A DNA stretch of 64,000 bases from contig JAGONM010000006.1 of the NCBI GenBank assembly GCA_017993055.1, forward strand, positions 868 to 64,867, in the 5' to 3' direction. Each line of letters starts with the position of its first letter. Position 1 is the first letter of the stretch. This document shows positions 46,392 through 55,617 of this stretch, one piece after another. Below the pieces are notes generated by a model that saw only the letters and a program-made list of their open reading frames with translations, did not search any database and had not been told where the DNA came from. The DNA comes from Armatimonadota bacterium. GTDB taxonomy: Bacteria; Armatimonadota; UBA5829; DTJY01. A program made the translations under genes and the position numbers.

Positions 46392-49300
46392 GTGGAGGCA
46401 TCGAGCCGATCGCACTGGAAGGGCAAAGAAGTGAAGGCAGCGCTTTCTGCCGTCGTTACGGGGGTGATTCTTATGGCAATCGGTACTTCTACCGGCACCG
46501 CTCAGCCGGGTTTCGAGTACGTCACCGATATTCCGCACGTGGTCGTCCATAACGCGCAGGGGTGGGGGGCGCTCGGGATGGATACCTGCGCCCATGCACC
46601 GGGCATCACGCCGCTCCCGATGCAGATCCGTGACAAGATCTATGCCAAGGGACTCGGACATCACGCGTCCGGCGAGATCGTCATCGACCTCGAAGGCCTG
46701 TACGATCGCTTCGAGGCCGAGGTCGGCGTCCAGAAGCAGGCGTCGAATACCGGCAGCGTCGTTTTCCAGGTCTATGTGGATGATGCGAAGCGGTTCGACA
46801 GCGGTGTCATGCGAGAGTCGGACGCCGCGAAACCGATCAGTATCCCGCTCGACTGCGCCTCCGAGCTCCGGCTGGTGGCGCTCGATGCCGGCGATGGCAT
46901 CACGTGCGACTGCGCGAACTGGGCGGAGGCTCGCCTGACTCTCTCCGCTAACCCAAAGCCGGTCGCCGCCCGGGAGTTCGCAGATGTCGCTCCATTCGCC
47001 CGCGTCGTTACCTTCGACCCGAAGCGCATGACCGGCTCGAACGCGAACCGTGTCCAGGAGTTCCAGACCGGCGACCTCTTTCTCGACACCGACCTGCTCC
47101 CGAACGATGCCGGCAAGTATGTCGTCCCATTGAAGGACGGCCAGTCGTGCATCGGACTCCAGTGGCTCGAACGACGAATCCTGCGGGAGGTCGGCGTCGA
47201 GTTCGCGGACGGCCAGGCCGTGCCCTCGACGGAGAGCGTGCAGATCCAGGCATGGGTCGGCGAGTCTCCCTGGCAGGGCGGATGGCATCCGATCGAGGGG
47301 AAGCTTGCCCGGGACGGAACGCTACTCAGCATGAAGATCGATCGCATTAACAGCCCCGAGATCGGCGGAGGCACGTGGAAAATCCGCTGGATCTGGCCGC
47401 AGTCTGATAAGCCCGCGACCGTCAGACGCCTGATCGCATCGACCGGCGCGCGGTGGAGTACCGCCGATATCCGCCTCGAGATAGCTGACGTGTCACCCTC
47501 GGGGAGCGCCTGCATCGAGATGTACAACGGCGAGATCGTCTCCCCCGGACCCGGGCTGTCCTGCACGTGGGACAAGTCGAAGCCGATCCACCTCACGATC
47601 CGCTATCTCAAGTCCCGATCATGGGAGTCCGACCGCACGGTGATCCGGTTCAGCGACGAGGGCTTCGCATACGGCATAGCGGTGGATGACCTGCTTTGCC
47701 GAAAGGCCGTCTGGATGCAGGATCACTACCTGTTTGCAACCGTAGAGCCCGATGGCCCATCGTTTCTGAACTACCTGAAGCAGATTGAGGGCAAGGAGAC
47801 GATACTGGAACGCGTTCGCAAGATGCCCGACCAGACGTTCGAGCAGGCGATGGCCAAGGCGCACAACCCGATCCAGGACAACGGCCCGACGATGCTCTCG
47901 CTCGCCTGCGACAACCACAAGTTCGTGGTCGAGCAGGATGGCTCCATCCGGTTCGCCGTCCCCGGAGCGGCTTCCAATCCCGCCGGTGGCGACCTCCGCG
48001 AGCTGACATGCGTTCTCCGACCCGGCTTCGGCACGAAGGACCTCGGCCGGCCGGAGCGAGTGCTCGACGATGACTGGCTTCCCAATCCCCTGATGACCTG
48101 GCATGACGCAGACGTGAGCTACCTCGAGAAGTGTTACGTCACGCCCTATGATGCGTCCGCCTCATCCGGCGAGTGGCCTTACATCAACGCGACGCCAATG
48201 CTTCACTCCATCATCGCGATCCGCAACGCCGGCTCGGCGCCGGCTGATGTCCGCATGAGCCTTACTTTCCTCGCCGACGCTGCGAGCGGTCAAACAGCCG
48301 AACTGACGACGGAAGGTCGGCGAACCATCGTCCATTCAGGTGGAAAGATCCTCGCTGTAGTGGACGGATCATGGCCGGACTCGGTGCAGTGGCTCCGCCA
48401 CAACGGGTCGGTCGCCTTCCAGGCGATGCTGAAGCCGAAGGAACTCGTGAAGTGCCACGTCTGCATCCCTTCATGGGAACTGACGCCGGAGCAGCACTCC
48501 CAGATCAGGGTCAGCGATTCGCTGCACGAGAGATTCGCCAAGCATTGGAGCGACGTGCTGAAGCCGGCGATGAATGTGACGATCCCCGATCCACTGCTCG
48601 AGAACGTGATCCGCGCTTCGCAGGTCCACTGCCTCATCGCCGCCCGGAACGAGGAGAACGGAAAGCGCATCGCCCCGTGGATATCCTCCGACCGATACGG
48701 CCCCCTCGAATCGGAGGCGAACTCGATCGTCCGCGGGATGATGCTCATGGGCCAGACCGACTTTGCCCGCAAGTCGCTCGACTTCTTCATCAAGCGCTAC
48801 AGCCCCGAGGGATTCCTGACGACGGGCTACACGCTGATGGGAACGGGCTGGCACCTCCAAACGCTGGGCGAGTACTTCGATCTCACCCAGGACAAGCCGT
48901 GGATGGACCAGGTTGCGGGCGACGTCGAGCGCGCGTGCAAGTGGATTGTGGATCAGCGTGCGAAGACAAAGGTCCTCGGACCCGATGGGACGAAGCGGCC
49001 CGAATACGGACTCATGCCGCCGGGGGTACAGGCCGACTGGAACGCCTTTGCCTATCACTTCGCGCTTGACGGCTACTACTACGCCGGCCTGAAGGAGGCC
49101 TCGGAGGCACTGGCGGCCGTCCGAAACTCGTGGGCACAGGGCTTCCTCGCCGACGCCGCCGAGTTCAGGCAGGACATCCTCGACGCGTACGCCTGGACCA
49201 CCAACCGCGCGCCCGTCGTTCCTCTGCGGGACGGCACGTGGGTGAGTTACTACCCCGGGCAGCTCCACTGCCCCGGCCCGACCGGCATCTTCTTCCCCGG

Positions 49301-50048
49301 CGAGGACGGCAACCGGAGTTGGTGCTACGACGTCGAGCTTGGAGCGCACCACCTCGTGCCGCAGGGAGTGATCGAGCCGACCCGGAAGCAGGTGGCGTCC
49401 ATTCTCGACCACATGGAGGACGTGCAGTTCCTCGCCGACGGCTGGTTCGACTACCCCGCGGAGAAGAACGAGGCGGACTGGTTCGATCTCGGCGGCTTCT
49501 CGAAGGTCCAGCCCTACTACACGCGCAACGCGGAGATCTACGCGATGACCGACGACGTGAAGCCGTTCATCCGCTCGTACTTCAACACGCTCGCGAGCCT
49601 GCTCAACACCGAGAATCTCTCGCTCTGGGAGCATTTCCGCAACGCCGGCGCATGGAACAAGACGCACGAGACCGGCTACTTCCTCCAGCAGACGGCATGG
49701 ATGTTCGTGCGCGAGCGCTCCGATGAGTTGTGGCTCGCGCCGTTCGTGACCGACCGCTGGCTGGAGGACGGCAAGGTCGTCGAAATACGGAACGCGCCTA
49801 CCCGGCTGGGGAAGGTTGGCTACCGGATCGAGTCGCACGTAGCAGACGGCTTCATCGAGGCCACGATAGACCTCTCCGCCGCGCGCGGTGTCCTGGCCGT
49901 CCACCTCCGGATCCGCCATCCCGAGGGCAAGACCCCGAAGTCGGTGAGCGTGCCGGGGATGGACAAGCCCTACTTCCGCGAACCCGAGTCCGAGGTCGTC
50001 ATCCGCGGCAAGATCCCGGGGACTCTGAAGGTCCGGATCGAATACTGA
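46392..50048 (+). CDS. large (~1218 aa) secreted glycosidase-like protein with an N-terminal NPCBM-like carbohydrate-binding module
   Basis: N-terminal signal/TM segment (AVVTGVILMAIGTSTGTA). NPCBM-like block GLGHHASGEIVIDLEGLYDRFEAEVGVQKQASNTGSVVFQVYVDD...ELRLVALDAGDGITCDCANWAEARL. The C-terminal catalytic-like region is paralogous to 43106..46387. 4-nt gap to the upstream gene. Confidence 0.55.
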   Translation: MEASSRSHWKGKEVKAALSAVVTGVILMAIGTSTGTAQPGFEYVTDIPHVVVHNAQGWGALGMDTCAHAPGITPLPMQIRDKIYAKGLGHHASGEIVIDLEGLYDRFEAEVGVQKQASNTGSVVFQVYVDDAKRFDSGVMRESDAAKPISIPLDCASELRLVALDAGDGITCDCANWAEARLTLSANPKPVAAREFADVAPFARVVTFDPKRMTGSNANRVQEFQTGDLFLDTDLLPNDAGKYVVPLKDGQSCIGLQWLERRILREVGVEFADGQAVPSTESVQIQAWVGESPWQGGWHPIEGKLARDGTLLSMKIDRINSPEIGGGTWKIRWIWPQSDKPATVRRLIASTGARWSTADIRLEIADVSPSGSACIEMYNGEIVSPGPGLSCTWDKSKPIHLTIRYLKSRSWESDRTVIRFSDEGFAYGIAVDDLLCRKAVWMQDHYLFATVEPDGPSFLNYLKQIEGKETILERVRKMPDQTFEQAMAKAHNPIQDNGPTMLSLACDNHKFVVEQDGSIRFAVPGAASNPAGGDLRELTCVLRPGFGTKDLGRPERVLDDDWLPNPLMTWHDADVSYLEKCYVTPYDASASSGEWPYINATPMLHSIIAIRNAGSAPADVRMSLTFLADAASGQTAELTTEGRRTIVHSGGKILAVVDGSWPDSVQWLRHNGSVAFQAMLKPKELVKCHVCIPSWELTPEQHSQIRVSDSLHERFAKHWSDVLKPAMNVTIPDPLLENVIRASQVHCLIAARNEENGKRIAPWISSDRYGPLESEANSIVRGMMLMGQTDFARKSLDFFIKRYSPEGFLTTGYTLMGTGWHLQTLGEYFDLTQDKPWMDQVAGDVERACKWIVDQRAKTKVLGPDGTKRPEYGLMPPGVQADWNAFAYHFALDGYYYAGLKEASEALAAVRNSWAQGFLADAAEFRQDILDAYAWTTNRAPVVPLRDGTWVSYYPGQLHCPGPTGIFFPGEDGNRSWCYDVELGAHHLVPQGVIEPTRKQVASILDHMEDVQFLADGWFDYPAEKNEADWFDLGGFSKVQPYYTRNAEIYAMTDDVKPFIRSYFNTLASLLNTENLSLWEHFRNAGAWNKTHETGYFLQQTAWMFVRERSDELWLAPFVTDRWLEDGKVVEIRNAPTRLGKVGYRIESHVADGFIEATIDLSAARGVLAVHLRIRHPEGKTPKSVSVPGMDKPYFREPESEVVIRGKIPGTLKVRIEY

Positions 50049-50113
50049 CCCGGCCGCCACGGCGATACAACCGATCCCGCTCCGAATGGGAAGCATCCCG
50101 TCTGTGCCGGGAA

Positions 50114-50136
50114 GGTTCCCAATTCGTTTGGGAACC
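50114..50136. terminator. bidirectional hairpin (9-bp stem GGTTCCCAA/TTGGGAACC, 5-nt loop) between the convergent glycosidase and pgi genes
   Basis: Perfect stem-loop in the 111-nt convergent intergenic region. Confidence 0.4.
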
Positions 50137-50159
50137 CTCCCGAAGGCAACTCGAATGGG

Positions 50160-51923
50160 CTACTTAGCCGTCAGGCTGAGGATGATTCCGACCAGTGCGT
50201 TCATGCCTTTCTTGAGATCCGCGCCGAGGTGGATTCGGAGCACCCGGCAGCCCTTCTCTCGCAGCGAGATGAAGTCCCCCATCGCCTGCGCGTCCTTCAG
50301 CGCCCCGAACGAGTAGACCTCGCCGGGGATGGGGACATCCTTCAGGTCGTCGGCCGTGATCTGGATGAACAGGCCCGTGTTCGGCCCGCCCTTGTGGAAC
50401 TGGCCGGTGCTGTGCAGGAATCTCGGGCCGTATCCGACGGTCACCGCGGCCTTGAGGTGGTCGGCGAGGGCGGACCTGATCGTCTTCAGGGCAACCTCGG
50501 CCTCGGCCGTGCGGCGCGTGAAGGCCATCAGCGCCACATAGTTGCCCGGCTCGAATCGCCTGAGGTGGGCGTCGAGCACCGCCTCGACCGATGCATTCTC
50601 GTACGAGCCGTTCTGTCGAATCTCATCCAGGATAAAGCCGGTCTCGTCGTCGGCGTAGGCGGCCAGGATTCCGTTGTCGGCGAGCTTGGTCTGGGCGGGC
50701 AGGGCGTTCTTCTGCTCATACTCCTTGATGAGTTCGCCGGTGATCTTCTTGCTGCTGCCCACGTTCTTCTGGTCGAACGCATTGACGGCAAGGAGCGCGC
50801 TCGCTACCGCTGTCGCCATCTCCCACCGAAAATACTCCTGGCCGATGTGAGTGGGGTTCTCTATATCTATGGTCACCAGTGGATGGCCTGCGTCGGCCAG
50901 TGCATCTGCCTTCACGTCCAAGCTGTCGTCCTTGGCGCCTTTGAGTTTCGTGTAGACGAAGAGGCGGTCGGCTCCATACATTTCGGATGGGCCGACGGGC
51001 TCGCCCTCGACCGGCAAGACGCCGCGCCCGTTCTTCCCGGTGCTCTCGGCGACGAGCTGCTCCACCCAGCAGCCCAGGCTCTCGATTTCGGGCGAGAAGA
51101 GAAGCGTCATCTTGTCGCGGCCTCGCATCGCGCATTCCGCCATGATCGCGCCGAGCGCCACGCCGGGGTTGTTCGGCCCGGGGCGCTGGTCGCTGCACTC
51201 CTCCATCATCTCCCGGGCGCTCTCCAGCATGCCCTTCACGTCAACGCCGATCAGTGCCGCGGGAACGAGCCCGAAGTACGAGAGAGCGGAGTACCGCCCG
51301 CCGATGTCCGGCATGTTGATGAACACCCGGCGGAATCCCCTGTCCCCGGCTTCGTGTTGCAGCCAACTGCCGGGGTCGGTAATCGCGGCGAAGTTCCGTC
51401 CGTCGCCGAGCTTGTCGAGGAAGTACCGATATGCCGACTTCGTCTCGATCGTTCCTCCGGACTTGCTCGAAACGACGAAGAGTGCGTTCGCGAGGTCAAT
51501 CTGCGCTTCAACGTCCAGCACGGCCTGGGGGACGGTGCTGTCGAGGACGAGCAGCTTGGGGAAGCCCTGCTTGCTGCCGAACGTGAGGTAGGAGACCTCA
51601 GGGCTGAGGCTGCTCCCTCCCATGCCGAGCACGATGACCGACGTGATTCCCGCGTCCTTGATCTCCTGCGCGAAACCCATCAACTCCTCGACGCGGTTGA
51701 GCATCGTGGACGGGACGTCGAGCCATCCCAGGCGATCAACGAGTTCCTTCGTCCCTGCGGGCTGCTTCCACGGTGCGGCGTCCTTCGCCCAGATCAGCCT
51801 GGTGAGCTGCTGGCGGTCCCACGACTCCAGCGCGGCGTCGACGATCTCCTGATACTGCCCGAGATTCGCGGAAAACGCGCCGTTCCCGCTTCCATAGGTA
51901 ATGCTCTCTGAGCCTGTTTTCAT
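50160..51923 (-). CDS. pgi: glucose-6-phosphate isomerase
   Basis: PGI signature 1 (DIGGRYSALSYFGLVPAAL) and the SIS motif VIVLGMGGSSLSPEV. Confidence 0.85.
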   Translation of the reverse strand: MKTGSESITYGSGNGAFSANLGQYQEIVDAALESWDRQQLTRLIWAKDAAPWKQPAGTKELVDRLGWLDVPSTMLNRVEELMGFAQEIKDAGITSVIVLGMGGSSLSPEVSYLTFGSKQGFPKLLVLDSTVPQAVLDVEAQIDLANALFVVSSKSGGTIETKSAYRYFLDKLGDGRNFAAITDPGSWLQHEAGDRGFRRVFINMPDIGGRYSALSYFGLVPAALIGVDVKGMLESAREMMEECSDQRPGPNNPGVALGAIMAECAMRGRDKMTLLFSPEIESLGCWVEQLVAESTGKNGRGVLPVEGEPVGPSEMYGADRLFVYTKLKGAKDDSLDVKADALADAGHPLVTIDIENPTHIGQEYFRWEMATAVASALLAVNAFDQKNVGSSKKITGELIKEYEQKNALPAQTKLADNGILAAYADDETGFILDEIRQNGSYENASVEAVLDAHLRRFEPGNYVALMAFTRRTAEAEVALKTIRSALADHLKAAVTVGYGPRFLHSTGQFHKGGPNTGLFIQITADDLKDVPIPGEVYSFGALKDAQAMGDFISLREKGCRVLRIHLGADLKKGMNALVGIILSLTAK

Positions 51924-52067
51924 GCTGCTCCCCGTCCGGCGGATGGTCTGCGGTCGATGCTCGCATATTCTACCCCAACCACGGGATACTCGGCAAGATG
52001 CGGTTGGGAGGATTGTCTGCCTGGCGGGCCGAATCTACCCGGTAGCGACTGCAACGACCGGAGGTAA

Positions 52068-52478
52068 GTGAATGAGCAGGAGGACGAAATGAACATGCCG
52101 TTCGGAGAGATCAAGAACAAGATGCTCGAGATGCGTTTTTCATCGGCAGACTACTCCATCGCGACGGTGCTGACCGCTGTGAGGGAGCATCTGGACCTGC
52201 TGCAGGAGATGGGCGTGAAGTTCCTCGGTGCGGCGACCGAGGTGTATGCCGGGCCTACGCCGGTGTTCCGGCCCACGGACATCAAGGCCGTCTTCGAGTA
52301 CGCCGGCTCGGGCGACGGCAAGGGATGTCTCGAGCGAGCCTACGAGGTCGTCTGGCAGGGAGTGGTCAACACCTTCCCCGACGAGAGCGAATGGGCGGAA
52401 GCGAAAGGTGCTTTCGCCGGATACATCCTGTCGCAGGCGGATCTGCTCAGGGCACGGACCGAAGGAGCCAGGGAGTAA
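52068..52478 (+). CDS. hypothetical protein
   Basis: 136-aa ORF with protein-like composition, 173 nt upstream of the DUF2207-like gene. No family recognised. Confidence 0.35.
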   Translation: MNEQEDEMNMPFGEIKNKMLEMRFSSADYSIATVLTAVREHLDLLQEMGVKFLGAATEVYAGPTPVFRPTDIKAVFEYAGSGDGKGCLERAYEVVWQGVVNTFPDESEWAEAKGAFAGYILSQADLLRARTEGARE

Positions 52479-52651
52479 GGAGTTCAGACGTCCAGGATCA
52501 GAGGAGAGAACCCGACCCGGCTGCGAATGAGGCGAGAGGCAGCATCGAATGGCGGTCCGGCCGTGCGACCTCCGGGCATTGCCTATCGCAGATCGCGCGG
52601 CTTCGCTGATTGGGGTCAGTCGGTTTTCCGGTGGTCGCTCGTAGCATCTAC

Positions 52652-54256
52652 ATGCGCAGACTCGTACCATACCTGACAGTCTTGCTGTTGCTCGTCGCCT
52701 TGACGACGGGGTATGCCCTCGACGCCCGGATGAAGTGGGTCGAGGTTGATGTCTCGCCGCACGCGAACGGTTTCGCCGATGTCGTCTACAAGATCCGGTG
52801 GAACGTCGTCAGCGGGGAGATGCACGCATTCTACTTCATGGGCTTCGGCGGCGCTGAGCCGACCTTCTCGCGAGAGCAGTGCTACGCGATCGATTCCGGC
52901 GGTCGGCGATACGGGCTCGATATAGCGAACCTCGGGGGCGGCAAGTACGACATTGTTCTGGCTGACGGCGCGGGCGCCGGATCGGGTGAGGTCACCTTCA
53001 TCCTTCCCTATGCCACGGACCTCGCCGGCGCGGGGATGCTCGACCTCACTAAGAGCGAGTTCGGCGAACTCGTGGTTTTCAACTGGTCGCCCGTGGAATG
53101 GGATCAGCCGCTCGAGCACGAGACGATCTACCTTCACTATCCCATCCAGGTGGAGGGTGAGCAGGTGACGCCCGAGCGCCTCGCGGAGGTCGGTTTCCGC
53201 ACGGAGAAGTTCGTAAACGAGCGATACCTCATCAGCTACTATGGACAGAAGTACGAGGGTACCTACTGGCTGACTGTCCGCTTCCACAGGAAAGACCTGC
53301 AGGCGCGTTACAACATGCGCGTGCAGGCCTATGTGTACTCGAAGTTCTTCCCGAACTTGCGGATTCCTGACTCGACCGGAGGGACCGGTCCTTCGTCTCT
53401 CGTCCCGAAGTCCTGGCCCGGACGTATCACTATCGCGATCCTGTTGGCGGTCGGCCTGGTGGGCATCGCGGTGGCGATGGTTCGTAAGAAGTACATGGCC
53501 TATTCAGCCGCCGCCGCCGAGATGGATGCCATTCGCTGGGATCGGACCGACTGGGTGCCGCCGAAGATAAAGGTCAGCAGCTTCCGCCAGGCCGGAAAGG
53601 TGGCGGATCTGCACCCGATCGAGGCTGCGTTCCTGCTCGATATCCCTGCGAACATGATTCTCGCCGCGATCGTGCTCGAGTTGGAGCGGAGGGGTCTGTT
53701 CAAGGTTCTGTCGCCCGATCCCCTTCGCGTCGAGCGCCTGTACCCCATCGGAGCGCTTCCCGACAAGCTCTACGAGGACATGATGTGGAACGCTGTCCGT
53801 GATGACGGTAAGCTCGACGACGGCGAGCTGAAGGCGGTGATCGAGCACATCGCGGACAATGTGCAGACGAAGTGCTGGGATTGCGACCTTGAGGCCACGA
53901 AGGAGTTCTACCGCAAGCAGATCAGGGAGCAGTTCGAGATCGCCGAGAAGAGCGGCACGGACGGGACGTATGATTCATGGGGGCACTCCTGGTCGCGGTA
54001 CTATGCATATCAGTTCCATCAGTACTCTCAGGGCAAGGAAACAGACGTGAGTCGGGGTATGCAGAAGGAACTGCCTTCACAGGGGATGGTCTCGGCGGCG
54101 GCAATTCGCGCGGACGCCTGTCACTCTGCCTGCTACGTTCACACCGCCTGCCACGACGCCTGCCACGATGCCTGTCACTCGGCCTGCCATTCAGCGTGCC
54201 ATTCGGCCTGCCATTCCGCATGCCATTCCGCGTGCGTGAGCGGGGGCGCGCGATGA
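52652..54256 (+). CDS. DUF2207-like membrane protein ending in an (Ala-Cys-His-Ser/Asp)n Cys-His repeat tail
   Basis: Signal/TM MRRLVPYLTVLLLLVALTTGYA. DUF2207-like N-terminal domain (VEVDVSPHANGFADVVYKIRWNVVSGEMHAFYF). Mid-protein TM (ITIAILLAVGLVGIAVAMV). The C-terminus reads ADACHSACYVHTACHDACHDACHSACHSACHSACHSACHSACVSGGAR, in place of the Gly-rich tail usual for DUF2207. Its stop overlaps the start of the rSAM gene (ATGA). Confidence 0.7.
   Translation: MRRLVPYLTVLLLLVALTTGYALDARMKWVEVDVSPHANGFADVVYKIRWNVVSGEMHAFYFMGFGGAEPTFSREQCYAIDSGGRRYGLDIANLGGGKYDIVLADGAGAGSGEVTFILPYATDLAGAGMLDLTKSEFGELVVFNWSPVEWDQPLEHETIYLHYPIQVEGEQVTPERLAEVGFRTEKFVNERYLISYYGQKYEGTYWLTVRFHRKDLQARYNMRVQAYVYSKFFPNLRIPDSTGGTGPSSLVPKSWPGRITIAILLAVGLVGIAVAMVRKKYMAYSAAAAEMDAIRWDRTDWVPPKIKVSSFRQAGKVADLHPIEAAFLLDIPANMILAAIVLELERRGLFKVLSPDPLRVERLYPIGALPDKLYEDMMWNAVRDDGKLDDGELKAVIEHIADNVQTKCWDCDLEATKEFYRKQIREQFEIAEKSGTDGTYDSWGHSWSRYYAYQFHQYSQGKETDVSRGMQKELPSQGMVSAAAIRADACHSACYVHTACHDACHDACHSACHSACHSACHSACHSACVSGGAR
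54116..54236 (+). repeat. about 10 tandem copies of a 12-nt unit (gcctgccaytc-n) encoding A-C-H-S/D
   Basis: Direct reading gives gcc tgt cac tct / gcc tgc cac gac / gcc tgc cac gat / gcc tgt cac tcg / gcc tgc cat tca / gcg tgc cat tcg / gcc tgc cat tcc / gca tgc cat tcc / gcg tgc gtg agc. The repeat is coding, at the 3' end of the DUF2207-like gene. Confidence 0.75.
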
Positions 54257-55590
54257 AGAGCGCGAGGTCGATTCGTGGTCTGGCCTGGATTGACGGTTTC
54301 GTCAGGAACATCCGGCCGCACGTCTTCGTCCGCAGGCGAGACAGCCTGCTCATCCTGATGCCGAACCAGGCCTATCATCTGAACCGTACCGGCGTCTACC
54401 TGCTCAGCCGGACCCTCGCCGGAGAGCCGATCAGCCGCGTGCTTGGTCGGGCGATCGCGAAGCAGGACCAGACTGATGAGCGAGTGCAAGAGGTCAACGA
54501 CTTCTTCTGCGACGTCCGAGCGCTCGTGATGGGATGCCTGTGCGAGGGGCAGGGTAGGCGGGCCGTCGAACAGGTGCCGTTCCGCCGTAGCGGGAGTATC
54601 CTGCCGGTGTTGAGCGAGATAGCGGTGACCTATCGGTGCAACCTCGAGTGCCGATTCTGCTATGCCGGGTGCAGTTGCGCGAAGAAGCCCGATTCGGCCG
54701 AGATGACGGCCGCCGAGGTCGAGGTGGTACTGCGAAGGATACGCAACGAGGCTGAGGTCCCCAGTGTCAGCTTCACTGGTGGGGAGCCGACGATCCGAGA
54801 CGACCTGCCGAGGCTGATTCGCTCGGCTGTACGCATCGGACTCAGGGTCAACCTGATCACGAACGGCACGCTCTTGACGGATTCGCTAGCGCGAGAATTG
54901 AAGCGTGCGGGGCTTAGGAGTGCTCAGGTCAGCATCGAGGCCCCGACCGCTGAGGTCCACGATGGACTCACCGGCGTCCCGGGTTCGTTCGAGCGCACGG
55001 TCTGTGGGATCGAGGCATTGAAGGGCCGGGGTATCTACGTCCACACGCACACGACCATCAACCGCGTGAACGCCCGGCATGTGGGAGATATGCCCGCGCT
55101 GGCGAAATCACTCGGTCTGCAGAGGCTCTCGATGAACATGGTGATGCCTTGCGGAACGGCTGGAACCGGCGAGACCGCGCTTCGATACGGTGATGTCGGG
55201 GATCTCGTACGGCTGGTGAAACGTCGCGCAAGGGACGCCGGCGTCGAGTTCATGTGGTATTCGCCGACCCCGTACTGTGTGTTCAACCCGATCGCCGCCG
55301 GCCTCGGCGGAAAAGCTTGTGCTGCGTGCGACGGCCTGCTGAGCGTCGCCTCGAACGGCGATGTGCTTCCTTGCTCCAGCCTCGCCGATCCGGTGGGTAA
55401 TCTGCTCGATCGGAGTTTTGACGGCGTCTGGAACTCGGATCGCGCGCTCTACTATCGAAACAGGGAGTACGTGCCGGCGGAGTGTCGCTCGTGCGGGCGC
55501 CTCAAACTCTGCAGCGGGGCGTGTCCGATCTACTGGGGCGCCTTTGGCTGCGAAGAACTGGTGGGCGCGAGCACGGAAGCGATCGAATGA
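54253..55590 (+). CDS. radical SAM/SPASM-domain peptide-modifying enzyme with an N-terminal PqqD-like RRE
   Basis: CNLECRFCYAG (CxxxCxxC). The C-terminal SPASM Cys cluster is CAACDGLLSVASNGDVLPCS...CRSCGRLKLCSGACP. The first ~100 aa (LLILMPNQAYHLNRTGVYLLSRTLAGEPISRVLGRAI...VNDFFCDVRALV) look like a PqqD-like RiPP recognition element. Start codon overlaps the upstream stop. Confidence 0.85.
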   Translation: MKSARSIRGLAWIDGFVRNIRPHVFVRRRDSLLILMPNQAYHLNRTGVYLLSRTLAGEPISRVLGRAIAKQDQTDERVQEVNDFFCDVRALVMGCLCEGQGRRAVEQVPFRRSGSILPVLSEIAVTYRCNLECRFCYAGCSCAKKPDSAEMTAAEVEVVLRRIRNEAEVPSVSFTGGEPTIRDDLPRLIRSAVRIGLRVNLITNGTLLTDSLARELKRAGLRSAQVSIEAPTAEVHDGLTGVPGSFERTVCGIEALKGRGIYVHTHTTINRVNARHVGDMPALAKSLGLQRLSMNMVMPCGTAGTGETALRYGDVGDLVRLVKRRARDAGVEFMWYSPTPYCVFNPIAAGLGGKACAACDGLLSVASNGDVLPCSSLADPVGNLLDRSFDGVWNSDRALYYRNREYVPAECRSCGRLKLCSGACPIYWGAFGCEELVGASTEAIE

Positions 55591-55617
55591 AGATCGCGAC
55601 TCCGTGTTCTGATCGGG

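Noticed and set aside
50229-51911. 560-aa plus-strand ORF
   Set aside because: It is antisense to pgi. The PGI signature motifs are on the minus strand.
54116-54236. Possible CRISPR-like array
   Set aside because: The unit is only 12 nt and has no spacers, and it lies inside a protein-coding frame. It is a coding microsatellite, not a CRISPR array.
53922-54353. Minus-strand ORF with an HAEWHAEWQAEW repeat
   Set aside because: It is the reverse-complement reading of the coding 12-nt tandem repeat. The sense-strand reading (ACHS)n is in frame with the DUF2207-like gene and coupled to the rSAM gene.
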